64,000 nt of DNA, taken from positions 224,001 through 288,000 of the forward strand of contig CAWHVC010000003.1 in NCBI GenBank assembly GCA_963832745.1. Direction: 5' to 3'. The notes beneath the pieces are model-generated. The model saw only the letters and a list, made by a program, of their open reading frames with translations, made no database searches and was not told the DNA's origin. Shown piece after piece: positions 59,997 through 64,000 of this stretch. The stretch comes from Candidatus Bathyarchaeota archaeon (GTDB lineage Archaea; Thermoproteota; Bathyarchaeia; Bathyarchaeales; Bathycorpusculaceae). Every line of letters begins with the position of its first letter. The first letter of the stretch is position 1. The translations under genes and the position numbers were made by a program.

Positions 59997-60063
59997 AATA
60001 AAGCAATACCCCATTTTAAAGTCACTCTATGGTTCAGGGTCAATGAACGATATAAAAACTATG
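59997..60063. repeat. Direct repeat copy 2
   Basis: First ~40 nt identical to copy 1 apart from one T; remainder diverged but alignable. Confidence 0.85.
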
Positions 60064-60079
60064 ATATAAGAGCATAACC

Positions 60080-60622
60080 TTGTCGGAGAATTTTGTGACA
60101 CGCTTATCTATAATATCCAAAACTGATGTCTATTTTAAAATGGAGACCAATAAAATGGAAAAACCTGATACAGCTGATAAAATTCTCAAAATAGTAGTTT
60201 TTGTTGGCCTCATTGTAGCCGTTGCCTTAACAATTGCATGTATAGAAAATAATCTACACAGCACAACGCGACCAGTTCGACCAATCATTGACGTTAGCAA
60301 CCAAGGCATTGCGGTAAGCGACGGAAACTACAACATTTCGTACTCAATAAAAGCGCAACAATCAACAACAATTGATAAGATACAAATTAAATCAAGAAAC
60401 ATTTCTGACCCAATCTCACATACTGAAGTTAAGGAAACAATGATTTTCGTAAACGGCACAAAAATGAACACAGAAAAAATAGGCTATGATTTGGATAGCG
60501 GCAGCATTCTTGAAGTGAACGCTATAATCCCTTGCACAAAAGTTCTCTCGAACGAAACATCAATCATCATAGTTACCCTTGAACCTTACAGTTCTAATTA
60601 TTTAACAACAATGCTTGCATAA
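60080..60622 (+). CDS. Hypothetical membrane-anchored protein
   Basis: Single N-terminal TM followed by a beta-rich domain; start uncertain. Confidence 0.55.
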   Translation: MSENFVTRLSIISKTDVYFKMETNKMEKPDTADKILKIVVFVGLIVAVALTIACIENNLHSTTRPVRPIIDVSNQGIAVSDGNYNISYSIKAQQSTTIDKIQIKSRNISDPISHTEVKETMIFVNGTKMNTEKIGYDLDSGSILEVNAIIPCTKVLSNETSIIIVTLEPYSSNYLTTMLA

Positions 60623-60636
60623 AACAATCCTTTGTC

Positions 60637-60843
60637 TTATGCTATCATATACATTTTGGCTCTTCCGACTGTTCGGGAGTTTTTGATTTTTCCAGCTTTT
60701 TCGAGCCCGAATAGATATTTTGAAACGGTATTCCTATGTAATCCGGTCTTTTCGGCTATCTCTTCTATCGAAAAGTCTTTTGGGCACTCTTTTTGTAGGA
60801 ATTCTAGAATTGTGTTTTCTATTTCTTGACTCATCAGGTGCAC
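60637..60843 (-). CDS. Small winged-HTH protein
   Basis: SIEEIAEKTGLHRNTVSKYLFGLEKAGKI. Confidence 0.85.
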   Translation of the reverse strand: MHLMSQEIENTILEFLQKECPKDFSIEEIAEKTGLHRNTVSKYLFGLEKAGKIKNSRTVGRAKMYMIA

Positions 60844-60943
60844 TGATGAACACTGTTATTAAACAACAAATATATACTTGGTTGTATATTAATATTGTGC
60901 ATAATTAAACAACATCATTACACACAGGAGAGAGACTTTAAAA

Positions 60944-61195
60944 ATGTTAACCAAAAAAGCAGTTATTGTTGTAGAGTTGGGTTTTGAGTCGGCTCAAGCG
61001 TCAGATTCCCAGATTGTGAAGGATATTCGAAAAGAAGCGCAGATTCCTTGGTGCAGCAAAATCCGCAAAATCGACGTCTACATAGCCAATAACCCAAGCC
61101 GTGACGCCTATGGTTCCTTGTCCACGTTGCGGCAAAAACCTAACCAAACCCACACGCACACGGGAAACCTTTCTTTTCAGAATCGACGACTATGA
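60944..61195 (+). CDS. Hypothetical protein divergent from the HTH gene
   Basis: AGGAG upstream; 83-aa ORF. Confidence 0.5.
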   Translation: MLTKKAVIVVELGFESAQASDSQIVKDIRKEAQIPWCSKIRKIDVYIANNPSRDAYGSLSTLRQKPNQTHTHTGNLSFQNRRL

Positions 61196-61235
61196 ATGCG
61201 ATCAATGCGGAAAACACTTCGAAGCAATCAGCTAA

Positions 61236-61293
61236 CCCCCACCTATTTGGATCCTAATATTCAATCTATGCAGAAAACCTATAGGGGGGTAGG
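61236..61293 (+). repeat. Dispersed intergenic repeat, copy C (5' module)
   Basis: cccccacctatttggatcctaatattcaatctatgcagaaaacctataggggggtagg aligns with 2727-2781 and 62297-62348. Confidence 0.75.
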
Positions 61294-61304
61294 CGAAAGC
61301 TAGT

Positions 61305-62021
61305 CTACCGATGTTTTCTTTGGTCGTAAACAAAAAGTCCACCTCCAAGAACAATCACAACTGCTATAATAATCGGCGTTACGTAAGGCAGGTAGGCTGG
61401 GGGTTGCTCTAGGGTTGGCGTTGGAGTGATTGGCATAGATGTTGTAGTGGTGGCAGATTTGTCTATTGCAGCTATGGAGCCTATCCGGTTCATTGTTAAG
61501 ATTTGTGTTGGACTCCAGTCGGTGATGCGGGTAATTGCGAAGTCAGGATAAAATATTGGTTGTAACATAAATGGGGCGTATTGTTTGAAATACCCTTCTA
61601 TTGCTTGTACTTGGTAGTCTCTTTTGGCGTTGTCTAAGGGGAGGCTTTGAAACATCTTGGAGGTGTAGTTTGTGTCGGACTGTTTTATGTAGCCACCTCC
61701 AGTGTTAACCCATTTATCTCGGGCATACTGCAAATTATCTGATTCAGTCCATTCAGTTTCATTGTGGAGTTTTGTGCGTATGTTGTAGTATAGGTTTACT
61801 TCATAACCCTGTGAATTGTTGTAGGGTGTGAAGGGCTGATTTTTAATTTGCAGCTCTACAGCTTGCGGATATTCAACATCCCACGTAAGCGGAACAACCT
61901 TCACAGTAAATTCTGGCACCGACAGACTATTAGAGGCAGAAGCAGAATCAACCATTATCAGGCTTGATGAAGCCAAAACAACGATAAGCAGTAAGGAGAG
62001 TTGTTTAGGAGATACACCCAC
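61305..62021 (-). CDS. Exported, C-terminally anchored surface protein
   Basis: Signal peptide, SVPEFTVK...IKNQPF...LYYNIR..., Thr/Pro linker, C-terminal TM plus basic residues. Confidence 0.7.
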   Translation of the reverse strand: MGVSPKQLSLLLIVVLASSSLIMVDSASASNSLSVPEFTVKVVPLTWDVEYPQAVELQIKNQPFTPYNNSQGYEVNLYYNIRTKLHNETEWTESDNLQYARDKWVNTGGGYIKQSDTNYTSKMFQSLPLDNAKRDYQVQAIEGYFKQYAPFMLQPIFYPDFAITRITDWSPTQILTMNRIGSIAAIDKSATTTTSMPITPTPTLEQPPAYLPYVTPIIIAVVIVLGGGLFVYDQRKHR

Positions 62022-62296
62022 GCTTGTTCGCCTAAAATATGCTAATTCTTTTTTGGATTAAAGGGTTCTCGTAAAGACTTGTTTACTAAGGCAAGTCAGT
62101 TTTTCTTTACTAAAGCACATTTTGTATTAACACTTTTTAATCGCCATTTTTTAAGCCCAAAATTCTTTAAAAGGCGCGAATTGCTGCTTTTTTAACTGTT
62201 GGAGCGTGAGAAATGCTTTAGCCTTTGCAGAATGGGTCATGCTAGTACCCGATTTGCATCTTGCTTTTCATTGAGCTCAGTGCTTTACTTTTCATA

Positions 62297-62472
62297 CCAA
62301 CCTATTAGGATCCAAATAGCAGATCTATGCAGAAACCTATAGAGGGGTCTACCTTTCTTGATAGGGGTAGACTCTACCTGCACTTTTCCAAGCCCAAAAC
62401 TGCAAAACACTAAGGGGGGTAGGTGCTAATGGCTGAAAAATACGCCAATAAGCATGTTAAAAAACAGTGGTT
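62297..62472 (+). repeat. Dispersed intergenic repeat, copy D (longest, all modules)
   Basis: Contains the 5' module (as A, C), ctgcaaaacactaa (as B) and the 3' module (as A, B). Confidence 0.78.
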
Positions 62473-62578
62473 TGTCGGGCTGTAATTGTTTTTTGGACAC
62501 ATAAAAGCTTAACAGCAACAGCCGCCCAATATGACAACAAAAGCAGCTTAATTGCAAATTTATACAGAGGAAGATAAG

Positions 62579-64000
62579 TTGAGAAGCAACGAAGTTAAGG
62601 TTGGATGTGAGCATGCGCCGCATCGGGCGCTTCTTAAATCGTTAGGATTAGACAATGATGACATAGCTAAACCATTCATTGGAGTAGCTAACAGTTACAA
62701 CACAATTGTTCCAGGACACATTCACCTGCGAACCTTAGGTGAAGCCGTAAAAGAAGGCATCTACGCCGCCGGCGGAACACCATTCGAATTCAACACAATC
62801 GCAGTCTGCGACGGAATCGCCATGGGACACCAAGGCATGCGATACAGCCTCCCAAGCCGCGAAATCATCGCCGACTCAGTCGAAATCATGCTACAAGCAC
62901 ACCGCTTCGACGGCTTAGTAATGGTAAGCAACTGCGACAAAGTCACACCCGGCATGCTAATGGCAGCAGCACGGGTAGACATACCAGCCATCCTACTCAC
63001 CGGAGGACCAATGGCAGCAGGAAAACTTAACGGCAAAAAAGTCAGCTACTCAGCAGTCCCCGAAGCCGTAGGCCAAGTTGTCGCAGGAAAAATGAGCGAA
63101 GACGAACTATACGCGCTCGAAAACGCCGCCTGCCCAGGATGCGGCAGCTGCAGCGGAATGTTCACCGCAAACACAATGGCATGCCTAAGCGAAGCATTAG
63201 GAATTTCACTACCCTACTGCGGAACCACAATGGCAACCAGCGCCCAAAAAGTCCGCTTAGCACGCCAAACAGGCAAAAGAATACTACAACTCGTCAAAGA
63301 AAACATTAAACCCTCAGACATCCTCACGCTGGAAGCCTTCAAAAACGCCGTCTCAGTTGACATGGCACTTGGCGGCTCAACCAACACAACACTACACTTA
63401 CCAGCAATCGCAAAAGAAGCCGGCGTAAAATTGCCCCTCGCCATGTTTGACGAAATCGGCAGAAAAGTCCCACACATCTGCAGCATGATACCAAGCGGCA
63501 CCTACGCCATCGAAGACCTAGACGCAGCAGGAGGAGTCCCAGCAGTCATGAACCAAATCCAAACACTCCTAAACCTAGACGCCCAAACCGTTTCAGGAAA
63601 AGTCTCAGACAACATCAAAAACGCCAAAGTCCTCAACGAAGAAGTAATTCACCCATTAAGCAACCCCGTTCACCCAGAAGGCGGCATAGCCATCCTAACC
63701 GGCAACCTTGCACCAAAAGGAGCAGTCATCAAAACCGCAGCAATCTCACCAAAAATGCAAAAACACACAGGCCCAGCCAAAGTTTACGATTCAGAAAACG
63801 AAGCCTTAACCGCAATACGCGGCAAACAAATCAGCCCCGGAGACGTCGTAGTCATACGGTACGAAGGCCCAAGAGGTGGACCAGGAATGCCCGAAATGCT
63901 TTTCCCAACAGCAACCATTGCCGGCATGGGTTTAGCTGAAAGTGTCGCTTTGATTACTGACGGCAGATTCAGCGGAGCCACACGCGGCGGAAGCATCGGT
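62579..64000 (+). CDS. ilvD: Dihydroxy-acid dehydratase, 3'-truncated by the window
   Basis: Manual translation from TTG: [19 protein letters not shown]...VPGHIHL...CDG...NCDKVTPG...[10 protein letters not shown]...[13 protein letters not shown]...TDGRFSG. Confidence 0.96.
   Translation, partial: MRSNEVKVGCEHAPHRALLKSLGLDNDDIAKPFIGVANSYNTIVPGHIHLRTLGEAVKEGIYAAGGTPFEFNTIAVCDGIAMGHQGMRYSLPSREIIADSVEIMLQAHRFDGLVMVSNCDKVTPGMLMAAARVDIPAILLTGGPMAAGKLNGKKVSYSAVPEAVGQVVAGKMSEDELYALENAACPGCGSCSGMFTANTMACLSEALGISLPYCGTTMATSAQKVRLARQTGKRILQLVKENIKPSDILTLEAFKNAVSVDMALGGSTNTTLHLPAIAKEAGVKLPLAMFDEIGRKVPHICSMIPSGTYAIEDLDAAGGVPAVMNQIQTLLNLDAQTVSGKVSDNIKNAKVLNEEVIHPLSNPVHPEGGIAILTGNLAPKGAVIKTAAISPKMQKHTGPAKVYDSENEALTAIRGKQISPGDVVVIRYEGPRGGPGMPEMLFPTATIAGMGLAESVALITDGRFSGATRGGSIG

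Noticed and set aside
2727-62472. Dispersed repeat as a CRISPR array
   Set aside because: Copies are kilobases apart, degenerate and without regular spacers; no cas operon
62531-62551. Mini-ORF MTTKAA upstream of ilvD as a leader peptide
   Set aside because: No Val/Leu/Ile codons, no SD, too short to distinguish from chance
62761-63996. Minus-strand ORFs at the window end
   Set aside because: Antisense to ilvD

Overview
Archaeal chromosome segment, most consistent with Bathyarchaeia (inferred from gene content, TATA-box promoters, archaeal-type shikimate and LysW enzymes, and frequent TTG/GTG starts). It is dominated by an amino-acid biosynthesis supercluster: homocysteine synthesis (partial), argG-argH-carA-carB, thrB-thrC-hom-ask, lysW-X-Y-Z-J-K with divergent lysM, an 11-gene aromatic operon headed by its own aspartokinase, ilvB-ilvH-leuC-leuD-leuB-leuA-pheA, cimA-like and ilvD (partial). 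Accessory genes lie between these: two PIN toxin-antitoxin pairs, a 1449-aa nuclease-SF1 helicase, a K+ channel, a chemoreceptor and surface proteins. The strongest new signal is regulatory and falls below the ORF track's size limit. Two short leader peptides are enriched in the end-product amino acids of the operon they precede: MINLHINPKRFQSYSFEYCFYYNF before the aromatic operon and MRDCHLNSWDRRVLIL before the branched-chain operon, and both have H-[IL]-N at residues 5-7. This looks like an archaeal ribosome-mediated attenuation system. Other notable observations: a shared two-site operator (25/28 nt identical) upstream of the arg and lysW operons beside an ACT-domain protein, non-canonical starts (argG needs ATA), two +1 frameshifts in lysY/argC, a TA module flanked by a duplicated cimA promoter, and a four-copy modular intergenic repeat. 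No rRNA, tRNA, CRISPR array or transposase was recognised.
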